Below are positions 38,483 through 47,979 of a DNA stretch of 64,000 nt, in pieces. Source of the DNA: an uncultured Gammaproteobacteria bacterium (GTDB taxonomy: Bacteria > Patescibacteriota > Microgenomatia > Levybacterales > UBA12049); the NCBI GenBank assembly GCA_964521295.1, contig CAZFRF010000001.1:7751-71750 (forward strand), written 5' to 3'. The first letter of the stretch is position 1. Every line of letters begins with the position of its first letter. The notes beneath the pieces are model-generated. The model had not been told where the DNA came from, ran no database searches, and worked only from the letters and a program-made list of their open reading frames with translations. Made by a program: the position numbers and the translations under genes.

Positions 38483-40133
38483 TCCTAATATGTTCGTCTG
38501 CAAACTCGGGGTCTACGTTAACTTTTTTACCTGGATTAAAAATATTTAAAGGATCAAATATTTCTTTTGTTTTTTCAAATAATTTATAAATTTCTTCGCC
38601 ATACATTTGTTTTAAATATCTACTTCTAATAAGACCATCGTTGTGTTCGCCACTCATCGAGCCTTTATACTTAAACACTAGGTTAAATACTTCCTGAGAG
38701 ATTTTAGGTAGTAATCTTCTTTGATTCTCATCGGCTAAATTGACAAGGGGAATGATATGAAAATTTCCATCTCCCATGTGTCCTGCTAATGTAGAAATGA
38801 TACTTGGATATTTAGCGATAATCTCATTTATTTTTGGCAAGAATTCGGGTAAATATTTAGGGTTAATAATTATGTCATCAATAAATGGACTACTATATTT
38901 ATCTTTTATTTTTTTACGAAGTAGATTAAAACTTTCTCTGCGAATTAACCAATATTTTCTAGATGATTTTTCGTTGCCAGCTGCTTTGACCTTGAGATTA
39001 AATGGTTTTAGAACTTCTTTTAATAAATTTACTTTATCTTTCAAATCGTCTAAATTATTTCCCGTAAATTCAATTTGAAGAGTTATTTTAGGAAATTTAT
39101 TTTTTTTCTTCATTAAAATTTCAGGTAAAAATGTTAAAAGAGTAGATAAAGGATTATGTATATTTAACTTTGGTCCGAATTCTTTGAAATATTTAACTGC
39201 AAGTTCAAGTGTTTTATCGTCGTAAGTTTCAAAACTTTCCGGAGACAAAGGAATTACTGCGTTAATTATTTCTCCTAATTTTACTTCGTCTTTTTCAGAT
39301 AAATATACAACAAGCATTTCTGAGTGCTTGTTAACAGGCATAAGCTTAATACTTGCTTCGGTTATTATTCCTAATGTTCCCTGAGAGCCGGTGAAAAGTT
39401 GTGTTAAATCAAATGTTTTATTTTCTTTATTATATACATTCCACAGACTATAGCCTGTCGAGTTTTTGCTAACATCGGGTTTTGCGCTTTTGATAAGATC
39501 ATAATTTTTAATAATAAGAGTGTGAATTTTTCTATATACTTCACCTTCGAAAGATCTTAATTGTAATTTTTGTGCAAGTTCTCGCTCATTTAAAGCTTTA
39601 AATTCGTATTCATTTCCATCTGCTAAAATCATTTTAAGAGCTGTAACATATTTTTCAGTTTTACCATATTCAAAAGATTTTTCACCGCCTGCGTTATTTG
39701 CGATAATTCCACCGATAGCGCAAATTTCTCGTGAAGAAGGATAAGAAGGAAATATTAAATTATGTTTTAATGTTTCTTTTTCAAAGTCTCGATAGAAAAT
39801 GCCTGGTTCTGATTTGGCAATTTTATCTTCAATTCCTACGAATTTATTCATGTATTTTGTAAAAACGAGGATAATGGAATCATTTAAATCTCCGCCACTC
39901 ATATCTGTTCCGGCAGCGCGTGCAGTAATAGATAATTTTGGATTTTGTTTTTTATTTGTATTAACAAATTCAATAACTTTTTGAATATCCTTGGAGTTTT
40001 TGGGAAAGATTACAACTCTTGGTCTAACTTGAAAAATGCTTGAATCATGACTGTATTCTAAAAGAGTAGAGTCATCGTCGAGAGTTTCGCCTAAGATTTG
40101 AGATCTTAATTTGTTTAATAAATTCGCATCCAT
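38472..40133 (-). CDS. FAD-linked oxidase (GlcD/D-lactate dehydrogenase-like, PCMH-type FAD-binding)
   Basis: FAD-binding IIANNAGGEKS; C-terminal HMGDGNFHII...GEHNDG. Confidence 0.72.
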   Translation of the reverse strand: MDANLLNKLRSQILGETLDDDSTLLEYSHDSSIFQVRPRVVIFPKNSKDIQKVIEFVNTNKKQNPKLSITARAAGTDMSGGDLNDSIILVFTKYMNKFVGIEDKIAKSEPGIFYRDFEKETLKHNLIFPSYPSSREICAIGGIIANNAGGEKSFEYGKTEKYVTALKMILADGNEYEFKALNERELAQKLQLRSFEGEVYRKIHTLIIKNYDLIKSAKPDVSKNSTGYSLWNVYNKENKTFDLTQLFTGSQGTLGIITEASIKLMPVNKHSEMLVVYLSEKDEVKLGEIINAVIPLSPESFETYDDKTLELAVKYFKEFGPKLNIHNPLSTLLTFLPEILMKKKNKFPKITLQIEFTGNNLDDLKDKVNLLKEVLKPFNLKVKAAGNEKSSRKYWLIRRESFNLLRKKIKDKYSSPFIDDIIINPKYLPEFLPKINEIIAKYPSIISTLAGHMGDGNFHIIPLVNLADENQRRLLPKISQEVFNLVFKYKGSMSGEHNDGLIRSRYLKQMYGEEIYKLFEKTKEIFDPLNIFNPGKKVNVDPEFADEHIRTNW

Positions 40134-41119
40134 TATCTGGCAATAATTTTTTCAACAGCTGTAATTATAGCTGTGTCATCCATGTTGTATTTTTTAATAA
40201 TATCTAATGGTTTGCCGCTTTCTGCAAAAGTATCGTTAAGTCCTACAAATTCCATTGGAGTAGGAGAGTGTTTAGCTAAAACTTCAGCAATAACTCCACC
40301 CAGTCCTCCCATTATTTGATGGTCTTCGACTGTAATAACATGTTTTGTTTCTTTAGCAAGATTAATAATTGTTTCAGTATCGATAGGTTTTATGCTGCAA
40401 ACATTAGCAACTAATATATTTACTCCTTTTTCTTCTAATTTTTTAGCTGCTAGTAATGCAAAATACAAAAGCCAACCTGTTGCAAAAATTACTGCTTGTG
40501 GATTTTGAGTAACCCAGTATGTTTGCATCTTATTAATATCAAATGGGGTTTGAGAAGTTGTTATTGTTGCACTTTTGTCTCTTGTAAAGCGAAGATAAAC
40601 AGGTTTATTAATCCTCGCTGATTCTAAAGTTATTTTTTTTGCTTCTTCATAATCACAAGGGACAAAAACATTCATATTTGGCCAAGTGCGGGTTATGGCA
40701 ATATCTTCAGTTGCCTGATGCGTCGCTCCATCTGGTCCGGTCATAACTCCACTATGATGTCCTGCTATTTTTACATTAGCATCGTTATATGCAACTGTAG
40801 TTCTAATTGTTTCTAAATTTTTTCCTGGCGAAAAAGTTGCATAAGAGGCGATATAGGGGATTTTACCAGATACTGCAAGCCCAGCTGCTATTGCTGCCAT
40901 ATTTTGTTCAGCAACTCCTATTTCAAAAAATCTGTCTGGATGGTTTTTCCCAAACCCGTCGGTTCGGGTTGATTCAGCTAGGTCAGCTGTTAGGACAACA
41001 ACATTTGGATTAGATTTACCTAGTTCAATTAAAGCATCTCCAAAGCCATCGCGGGTTGCTTTTTGTTCAAAAGGTTCATCAAATATTTTTTCGTTTAATT
41101 TTAAATCTTTATTTAACAT
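40133..41119 (-). CDS. Transketolase, C-terminal (pyrimidine-binding) subunit
   Basis: Split transketolase; conserved Pyr/C-terminal domains. Confidence 0.85.
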   Translation of the reverse strand: MLNKDLKLNEKIFDEPFEQKATRDGFGDALIELGKSNPNVVVLTADLAESTRTDGFGKNHPDRFFEIGVAEQNMAAIAAGLAVSGKIPYIASYATFSPGKNLETIRTTVAYNDANVKIAGHHSGVMTGPDGATHQATEDIAITRTWPNMNVFVPCDYEEAKKITLESARINKPVYLRFTRDKSATITTSQTPFDINKMQTYWVTQNPQAVIFATGWLLYFALLAAKKLEEKGVNILVANVCSIKPIDTETIINLAKETKHVITVEDHQIMGGLGGVIAEVLAKHSPTPMEFVGLNDTFAESGKPLDIIKKYNMDDTAIITAVEKIIAR

Positions 41120-41120
41120 A

Positions 41121-41981
41121 TTATTCGTGTTCAGACATAATTCTGCCTTGTAATGTTCTAAGTTCTGCTAAGGCTTTAACTGCCTCTTCTTTATTTGGTG
41201 GCTTACCATGCCATGTAAAATCTTTTTCCATAAAAGAGACGCCTTTGCCGGGAATTGTATGAGCAATTATGGCTGTTGGTTTTTCAAAAATACTTTTTGC
41301 TTTGTTAACTGCTGATACAAATTCAGCAATATTATTTCCGTCTACATCAATTACCTCCCAATTAAACGAGCGATATTTATCAGCTAAAGGTTCAAGGGGC
41401 ATAACGTCTTCAGTAAAACCATCTATTTGGATGTTATTTCTATCTAAAATAATGGTTAAATTATTCATTTTATGTTTTCCAGCAAACATAATGGCCTCCC
41501 ACGTATTTCCTTCTTGATGTTCTCCATCTGAAGCTATGACATATGTCTGATAATTTTTATTATCAAGTTTTGCTGCTAGGGCAATTCCAATCGCTTGTGA
41601 AATGCCTTCACCTAAGGGACCCGAGGTTGTTTCAAGTCCTGGTAATGAGGTTCTATGTGGATGACCTTGTAGTCTTGAATTAATTTTTCTTAAGGTTTTA
41701 AGTTCTTCAGTAGGAAAATATCCTGCCATTGCCATTGATACATAGCGAATAGGGCAGATGTGTCCGTTAGATAAAATAAGTCTGTCTCTGTCTGGTAATT
41801 CAGGGTTTTTTGGATCATGATTTAGAATATGAAAATAAAAAGCCGTAAAAATATCTGCCATTCCTAATGGCCCAGCGCTATGTCCGGATCCAGCCTCAAG
41901 TAACATTTCAATCAAAAGTTGTCTTGCGGTATTAGCTTTTAATTCTAATTCTTTTAATTTTTCTTCGAACAAATTATTCAT
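41121..41981 (-). CDS. Transketolase, N-terminal (TPP-binding) subunit
   Basis: GHSAGPLGMADI and a GDG TPP-binding motif. Confidence 0.85.
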   Translation of the reverse strand: MNNLFEEKLKELELKANTARQLLIEMLLEAGSGHSAGPLGMADIFTAFYFHILNHDPKNPELPDRDRLILSNGHICPIRYVSMAMAGYFPTEELKTLRKINSRLQGHPHRTSLPGLETTSGPLGEGISQAIGIALAAKLDNKNYQTYVIASDGEHQEGNTWEAIMFAGKHKMNNLTIILDRNNIQIDGFTEDVMPLEPLADKYRSFNWEVIDVDGNNIAEFVSAVNKAKSIFEKPTAIIAHTIPGKGVSFMEKDFTWHGKPPNKEEAVKALAELRTLQGRIMSEHE

Positions 41982-43251
41982 ATCTATAGACTAGGAAAAG
42001 ATCAGAGACATTGGAAGGTAATTTATCTGTAATAATAGCATCTCCTATATTTTCGAAAAAGACAAGACTGTTGTTTTGCATAAGTAAATCATGTGGATTA
42101 ATACCTAGGCTTTTAGCTTTTTCTAATGATAAGTTATCTCCAATTGCGCCACAGACTTCTGAGTTATCCCATCCATCGGAATCAAATGAGGCGATAATTG
42201 TTTTCTCTGGTAGTTTAAAAAGTCCAGCTAAAACTGTAGCTTGATTTCTTCCGCCTTTGCCATTGGGATTAGTGACATGTAGCGTAGTTTCTCCTCCGGC
42301 AATAAGTAAGGAATTGGGTTTTGTTTCGTTTATTAGTTTTTCAGCAGCATTATTTGCGTCATCGGAAAATTTATCTGAAAATATATTTACTTTTATATTT
42401 AATTCCTCAGCTTTTTTTTGAATAGCATTTAATGCTGTTAAATTAGAAAGCATAAGTATATTTGTTGTGTTGTTAAAAATCTTTTCGTCTTTTGGAGTTT
42501 CAGCAAGATCTTGATTATTAAGATTTAGATCTAGGTTATATTTTTCATAAATTGCTAAGGCATCGCTTGTTGTTGTTTTGTCTAATACTGTGGGACCGGA
42601 TGCAATAAAAGAAAGATCATTTCCTAAAACATCTGAGAAAATGAGGCTAATAATCTTAGCAGGATTTAAAATTTCAACTAGGCCTCCTCCTTTAACTTTT
42701 GACAAATGTTTTCTTAGAGTATTCATCTCTAAAATATTTGCTCCAGATTCTAAAAGTTTTTGATTAATCTCAATTAGCTTATTTAAATCAATGGAGATGG
42801 GCGATTCGAACATTACTGAGCCACCGCCACAAATAATTACTAAAACTAAATCTTTAGAAGTTAAATTAGAAAATTCTTCAATAACTTGTTTTGTAAAATC
42901 TAAATTTACCTGAGAGGGAAGAGGATGAGTCCCTAATGTGAATTTTATTTTTTTAAACTCTGTTTCTACTGTATCAATAACGTAGCCTTTAGTTAGTTTA
43001 TCTTCTAACTTGTTTTCAATTAATTGAGATATTTTCCCAGAGCCCTTACCGAAACCGAGTAGGTAAACGTTTTCAAATTTATTTAAATCAAAGCTTTGGC
43101 CATTTAAATATAAAATATTATTTTCTAAATTTACTTCTTTATTTATTATATTTTGGGGTTGAATTGCGTTTAATCCTTCTTCTATAAAGTCTAAAACTAT
43201 TTTTCGTTGAGCAGATGTGTTTAAGCTGGAGTAATTTTTAATAATTCCCAT
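41974..43251 (-). CDS. Glycerate 2-kinase (MOFRL family)
   Basis: IAGGETTLHVTNPNGKGGRNQ motif and MOFRL C-terminal block SDGWDN...LPSNVSDL. Confidence 0.75.
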   Translation of the reverse strand: MGIIKNYSSLNTSAQRKIVLDFIEEGLNAIQPQNIINKEVNLENNILYLNGQSFDLNKFENVYLLGFGKGSGKISQLIENKLEDKLTKGYVIDTVETEFKKIKFTLGTHPLPSQVNLDFTKQVIEEFSNLTSKDLVLVIICGGGSVMFESPISIDLNKLIEINQKLLESGANILEMNTLRKHLSKVKGGGLVEILNPAKIISLIFSDVLGNDLSFIASGPTVLDKTTTSDALAIYEKYNLDLNLNNQDLAETPKDEKIFNNTTNILMLSNLTALNAIQKKAEELNIKVNIFSDKFSDDANNAAEKLINETKPNSLLIAGGETTLHVTNPNGKGGRNQATVLAGLFKLPEKTIIASFDSDGWDNSEVCGAIGDNLSLEKAKSLGINPHDLLMQNNSLVFFENIGDAIITDKLPSNVSDLFLVYRYE

Positions 43252-43277
43252 AACTTATCTTAGCATATCTAAAAATC

Positions 43278-43306
43278 TTGACCTCAGCTAAAAATAGTCC
43301 TATAAT
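43278..43306 (+). promoter_or_regulatory. sigma70-type promoter TTGACC-17-TATAAT abutting the start codon (leaderless)
   Basis: Read directly from the sequence. Confidence 0.45.
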
Positions 43307-43315
43307 ATGCAGATT

Positions 43316-43678
43316 ATGCCTTTAGAAATTTTTAGATATATCGAAGGACAAGATTCATGCGTAGGTTATGATATTGTTAAACCTGGGGATTATAGAACAA
43401 TTGTCGATAGGCCGGCAGATTTAATTACAGGAGAAAGCTTAGATGAAAGGTTAATTTTAGCAAGATGTAGAAAAGATGATCGTTTGTCTTTGTATTACAC
43501 AATTCATCCATTAGCTTTAGTTACTCTTTTTGGTCATGACGAAGCAATGTTTACGAAAGATGGAGTAGAAAACAGGGCGGTAGTAGTTTTACCAGGCGCA
43601 GAGCATATAATTAGGACTAGGGAAAGATTTCAGGGAGATATTTATGCAAATTATCGCTATAGACTAGCTCACAGATAA
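43316..43678 (+). CDS. Hypothetical protein, atypical composition
   Basis: Listed ORF starts at 43307, but the -10 hexamer ends at 43306, so the second ATG at 43316 is the likely leaderless start. Confidence 0.4.
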   Translation: MPLEIFRYIEGQDSCVGYDIVKPGDYRTIVDRPADLITGESLDERLILARCRKDDRLSLYYTIHPLALVTLFGHDEAMFTKDGVENRAVVVLPGAEHIIRTRERFQGDIYANYRYRLAHR

Positions 43679-44083
43679 TTAACTCTTTTTCGTAGCTTGT
43701 GAGGGTTGTTGAGCTGGAAATCTGCTATCTATCATTGAGATGTATCCTGTAACTCTTTGGTATGCTTGTCTCATTCTCACTTGATCAATAGTTGGCGGCT
43801 CATCTAATTCTGCTGTATATGTTTTTTTAAATGCATCCATTCTTTCTTCTCCCAAGCCTCTTGTTGCTGTAGTTTTTGCATCAAAATATTCTTTTAAAAC
43901 ATGTCTATATGGTTGTGTTGGATCGAGAATTTCTTCTGGCGCAGAAAAGCCAATAACTCTAATGACTTTTTCCCAAGCAGGTAAAGTAGTCGCAGGTTGC
44001 CCAGGTCTTCTTTCAAGAGGTCTTAATCTTCCTGGTAAATGTGAATGTCTTGTTCTTGGTGATCTTGAGTGTTCGGCTGACAT
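43679..44083 (-). CDS. Hypothetical Arg/Pro-rich protein, convergent with and abutting 43316-43678
   Basis: ORF; the two stop codons form TAATTAA. Confidence 0.4.
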   Translation of the reverse strand: MSAEHSRSPRTRHSHLPGRLRPLERRPGQPATTLPAWEKVIRVIGFSAPEEILDPTQPYRHVLKEYFDAKTTATRGLGEERMDAFKKTYTAELDEPPTIDQVRMRQAYQRVTGYISMIDSRFPAQQPSQATKKS

Positions 44084-44160
44084 AGTAAATTGAGCAGCAA
44101 GTTATATTAGCACTATCTTTTTTAAAATACAACTATTGTAATTTCTGATAAAATAGATTC

Positions 44161-44823
44161 ATGTCCAAAGATGGAAGAATCTGGTTATCGCATACAAGTT
44201 TAGAGCTTTTAGAAAGATGTCCTCGCTGTTTTTGGTTACAGGTTAAAAAAGGAATAAGGCAGCCTGAAGGAATAGTTTCAAGGCTTGCTAATAGATTTGA
44301 CGGTGTAATTAAAAACTATTTTGATAAATATCGCCTAAAAGGTGAATTGCCGCCAATGGTTCAAGACAAATTAGATGGCAAGCTGCAGAATCCTTTTGTT
44401 GAAACATATTTTGCACGTATTAATCAAGAATTTGGTTTTTTTGGAAAATTGGATGAATGTTTAGTTGATGAGGAGGGAAGACTTACGCCAATAGATTTTA
44501 AAACTTCGAGCACTGATCCAAGAGACAAAGAGATACTTAGCGCCTATCAGTCACAAATAGATGATTATTTATTCTTACAAGAGCAAAATAATAAAAAAAC
44601 TACTGGAACTGGATATTTGATCTTTTTTTATCCTGATTTTGGTGAAGAATTGCATGATGGTTTTCCAATGATTATTCATCTGCAGAAACTAACGGGAGAT
44701 CCAAAAAAAACTAAATTAAGATTAGAAAAGGCAATGGATATGTTATCCAAAGATATGCCTAATCCAAATTCAGATTGTACATTCTGTAGTTATATTGGAA
44801 AAAGAGAATTAGCTGAATCATAA
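44161..44823 (+). CDS. PD-(D/E)XK nuclease, Cas4/RecB-nuclease-like with four Cys
   Basis: N-terminal CPRCFWL, internal D...IDFK (D-x-K), C-terminal CTFCSY. Confidence 0.55.
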   Translation: MSKDGRIWLSHTSLELLERCPRCFWLQVKKGIRQPEGIVSRLANRFDGVIKNYFDKYRLKGELPPMVQDKLDGKLQNPFVETYFARINQEFGFFGKLDECLVDEEGRLTPIDFKTSSTDPRDKEILSAYQSQIDDYLFLQEQNNKKTTGTGYLIFFYPDFGEELHDGFPMIIHLQKLTGDPKKTKLRLEKAMDMLSKDMPNPNSDCTFCSYIGKRELAES

Positions 44824-44849
44824 ATAAAAACCTTGCTATTAGCCTCGAT

Positions 44850-45572
44850 TTGGAGTATAATTTATACTCACAGATGCTTTTAAACCTCCAAAAAGATTTA
44901 AAAAAGCTGTCCAACAAAAAAAAGGCAGAGTTCTTATCTTCCTATTTTAAAACAGGAGAAGGAGAATATGGTTTTGGAGATATCTTCTTAGGTGTTACTG
45001 TACCTCAATCAAGAGCTTTGGCAATAAAGTATCAAGATTTAGAATTAACAGAGATTACTGAATTGTTAAAATCAAAAATTCACGAAGAAAGATTAATAGC
45101 TCTTTTAATTTTAGTTCATAAATTTGAAAAGCTACCAATGGAGCAAAGAAGAATCTATGAATTCTATTTAAAAAATACAAAATTTATTAATAACTGGGAT
45201 TTAGTTGATTTGTCTGCACATAAGATTGTTGGAGGATACTTGGAGGATAAACCCAAGGACATTTTGTATAAGTTAGCTAGCTCAAAAAATATGTGGGAGA
45301 GAAGAATAGCATTACTTTCTACTTTTAATTTTATTAAATCAGGTCACTTTAAAGATTCTTTAAAGCTTGCAGAAATTTTACTTACTGATAAAGAAGATTT
45401 AATTCAAAAAGCTTTGGGATGGATGCTTAGGGAAATTGGTAAAAAAGATAGAGAAGTAGAAGAAAAATTTTTAAATAAATATTATAAGAAAATGGCAAGA
45501 ACTGCTTTGAGATACTCAATTGAAAGATTTCCTGAAGTTTTAAAGAAAAAATATCTTCTCGGAAAAATTTAA
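44850..45572 (+). CDS. DNA alkylation repair protein (AlkD/AlkC HEAT-like repeat glycosylase family)
   Basis: Typical family length and NNWDLVD motif. Confidence 0.5.
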   Translation: MEYNLYSQMLLNLQKDLKKLSNKKKAEFLSSYFKTGEGEYGFGDIFLGVTVPQSRALAIKYQDLELTEITELLKSKIHEERLIALLILVHKFEKLPMEQRRIYEFYLKNTKFINNWDLVDLSAHKIVGGYLEDKPKDILYKLASSKNMWERRIALLSTFNFIKSGHFKDSLKLAEILLTDKEDLIQKALGWMLREIGKKDREVEEKFLNKYYKKMARTALRYSIERFPEVLKKKYLLGKI

Positions 45573-45611
45573 ATTATTGTTTTTTTATTTCCTCTAGACT
45601 AGAATGCACGT

Positions 45612-46232
45612 ATGCGAAAGGTAAAAACTAAAAATTCTAACGCAGTTGTAAATTTTTTATTTGAAGTAGGAATTTTATCTAAAACTCCTAGATCGGGATT
45701 CCATTTTTTAGGAAGTGGGCAACAAAGTGTTTCTGAACATATGACCAGAACAATTTATGTTGGCTATGTTTTATCAACTCTTGAAAAAGGGGTTAGTTCA
45801 GAAAAGATATTAAAAATGTGTATGCTGCATGATTTAGCAGAAGCCAGAACTTCAGATTTAAATTATGTCCATCAAAAATATACTATTGTTGATGAGCATA
45901 AAGCCATTGGTGATTTAATTTCTACTCTTCCATTTGGAAATGATCTAGCGGATATTTTAAACGAATATAAAGAAAGAAAATCAAAAGAATCTTTGCTTGC
46001 TAAAGATGCAGATAATTTGGAATGGTTACTTTCCCTTAAAGAACAGGTAGATATTGGTAATACTAGAGCTAAAACCTGGATTCCTTCAGCTATTAAGAGA
46101 TTAAAGACAAAGGTAGCAAGGGATTTGGCTAAAAAAATTATTAAAACCAAATCTGATGATTGGTGGTTTTCCGAAAAAAATGATGATTGGTGGGTAAAAA
46201 GAAATAAGGATATACTCAAAAAACGATTTTAA
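45612..46232 (+). CDS. HD-domain 5'-deoxynucleotidase-like (YfbR-like)
   Basis: SEH...LHDLAEARTSD HD motifs. Confidence 0.62.
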   Translation: MRKVKTKNSNAVVNFLFEVGILSKTPRSGFHFLGSGQQSVSEHMTRTIYVGYVLSTLEKGVSSEKILKMCMLHDLAEARTSDLNYVHQKYTIVDEHKAIGDLISTLPFGNDLADILNEYKERKSKESLLAKDADNLEWLLSLKEQVDIGNTRAKTWIPSAIKRLKTKVARDLAKKIIKTKSDDWWFSEKNDDWWVKRNKDILKKRF

Positions 46233-46276
46233 GAAAATAGTTGACAAATGGGTAAATAATGTGTCTAAAATAGGGT

Positions 46277-46804
46277 ATGGAGAAAAAGTTAATTAGCGTA
46301 CATGCAGTTACTATCCATATCTACACAGTTGCAATCATTCTTCTTTTAGCTTTATTAGGTCTTTTAGGTCTTAAATATTTGCATTTAAAAATGGCAGTTA
46401 AGAATTATACTCAGTCTGCAATATATATTAATAATCAAGCAAAACCAAATGGTTATGTTTCGGAATATGCAGTTATCGTTGCTAGGGGAGTAAATCAGAT
46501 TCCCGCTGCATCTTTACAAACATATATAGAGGATTTATCGAAAACGATTAATCGAGATATTGTAGTTTTAGATAAGAGTCAAAAAATACTTGCTCAGACA
46601 ATTGCAGCAAATAAAGGTAAAGCATATGGATATGGGATGGATGAGATTAGATCTACTCTCGGAGATGGGCAAACACGTAGGTTTGAAGAAAGAGGAGCAG
46701 ATTATCCTAACGGCCTATGGAGATTAGTTGTTCCCGTAAGAAATACCACGGGAGAGGTTACAGGCGCAGTAATCATTTCAGACTCCGAAGTTTTTAGTAA
46801 GTAA
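46277..46804 (+). CDS. Membrane-anchored protein with extracytoplasmic domain
   Basis: N-terminal TM helix plus a ~140-aa domain; TTGACA-containing promoter upstream. Confidence 0.4.
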   Translation: MEKKLISVHAVTIHIYTVAIILLLALLGLLGLKYLHLKMAVKNYTQSAIYINNQAKPNGYVSEYAVIVARGVNQIPAASLQTYIEDLSKTINRDIVVLDKSQKILAQTIAANKGKAYGYGMDEIRSTLGDGQTRRFEERGADYPNGLWRLVVPVRNTTGEVTGAVIISDSEVFSK

Positions 46805-46823
46805 TTAATTAAGCCTCAAATAT

Positions 46824-46852
46824 TTGTACTCTAGGATATATTATTGTATAAT
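46824..46852 (+). promoter_or_regulatory. Promoter TTGTAC-17-TgTATAAT, 6 nt from the ATG at 46859 (leaderless)
   Basis: Extended -10 read directly from the sequence. Confidence 0.45.
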
Positions 46853-46858
46853 AAATTG

Positions 46859-47128
46859 ATGGGAAAAGAATGTGGTTCATATCTAAAAAGTGAGGGTATA
46901 GGAGTAGCAAGTTTGGTTTGTGGTACCGAAGCATGTCCATTGAAGAGTGGAAGGCTTTTGTACGTTGATGATAAGTCAGGATTGCTTACTCCTGCTGATC
47001 TAAGAAGAAGCATACAAAAACGTGCTAGTGTAATTACTGGTATGGTGTGTGTTGCGGGTGATACAGCTAGGGTACCAGACTATAGTCCGAATTATTCCGA
47101 AATGCAAACTGCTCCAAAAGTGAGATAA
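46859..47128 (+). CDS. Small Gly/Ala/Cys-containing hypothetical protein (89 aa)
   Basis: The listed ORF uses TTG at 46844 inside the -10 box; the ATG at 46859 is preferred. Confidence 0.35.
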   Translation: MGKECGSYLKSEGIGVASLVCGTEACPLKSGRLLYVDDKSGLLTPADLRRSIQKRASVITGMVCVAGDTARVPDYSPNYSEMQTAPKVR

Positions 47129-47133
47129 GGAAA

Positions 47134-47946
47134 ATGAAAAATCATTTTGAAGCAGAAAGAATCACCATGCCAACAGCCGCTGAGGTTAATAGATTAACAG
47201 GTATTTTTGGTGGAGATTTGAGTCCTCTTGGGGCAATTCATACATTAGCACCGGGTTATGTAACTTCAGATTGGGAAATTGATACTCCAGTTAATCCAGA
47301 TAAACATTTATTAGAACGCAGTTTGAGAATCGGTCCTGCAGAGATAACTATGGATTTTGGCCAAAATATGTTTTTTTTGAAATGGTTTGCGGCACTACCT
47401 CCTTTTATGTTTCCTAAACCAAATGTTCAAAATTATTTAGATTTCAGAGACTTTGCTTTTGAAGAATTTCCACAAATGCTTTGGTCGCATGCAGTGGGTG
47501 ATGATATTCCAAATTTAAATTATCTAGCTCATTCTACAGTAAGGGTTCAGTATAGGGGAAAAGCAGCATCAAGTAGATATGATTTAGGAAAAGAAAAAGA
47601 CAGAATAAGTTTCGAACTAGATTTTATTGACAGATCTGAAAAAATAAAAGCAATTAGTATCGAGGGAAGAACTGACGCAGATCACGATAAGCCTGGATAT
47701 TTTCATTTAAGGTTGGATTACAGAGGCGCAAATGATCCCCAAACTAAGGTTTCATTAGGTTTTATGTTGGATGATTTTGGTCTGGGTGCCTTTAATCCTG
47801 AGGTAGTTGGTTGGGCAATAGAAACAAATGAACATGTAGATAGGATTGAAGACCCAATTGTAGCAGCTTGCAATTTAATTGAAGCTATGGATCCTACTTT
47901 GCAGGCGCAAATTGAAATAGCAAAGGCAAAAAAAGGTCTGCTATAA
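47134..47946 (+). CDS. Hypothetical protein, atypical composition
   Basis: ORF with SD AAGGAAA; 5 nt after the 46859-47128 ORF. Confidence 0.45.
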   Translation: MKNHFEAERITMPTAAEVNRLTGIFGGDLSPLGAIHTLAPGYVTSDWEIDTPVNPDKHLLERSLRIGPAEITMDFGQNMFFLKWFAALPPFMFPKPNVQNYLDFRDFAFEEFPQMLWSHAVGDDIPNLNYLAHSTVRVQYRGKAASSRYDLGKEKDRISFELDFIDRSEKIKAISIEGRTDADHDKPGYFHLRLDYRGANDPQTKVSLGFMLDDFGLGAFNPEVVGWAIETNEHVDRIEDPIVAACNLIEAMDPTLQAQIEIAKAKKGLL

Positions 47947-47979
47947 TAAGGTTATTGCAAGTTTAAGTCCTACAGTATC

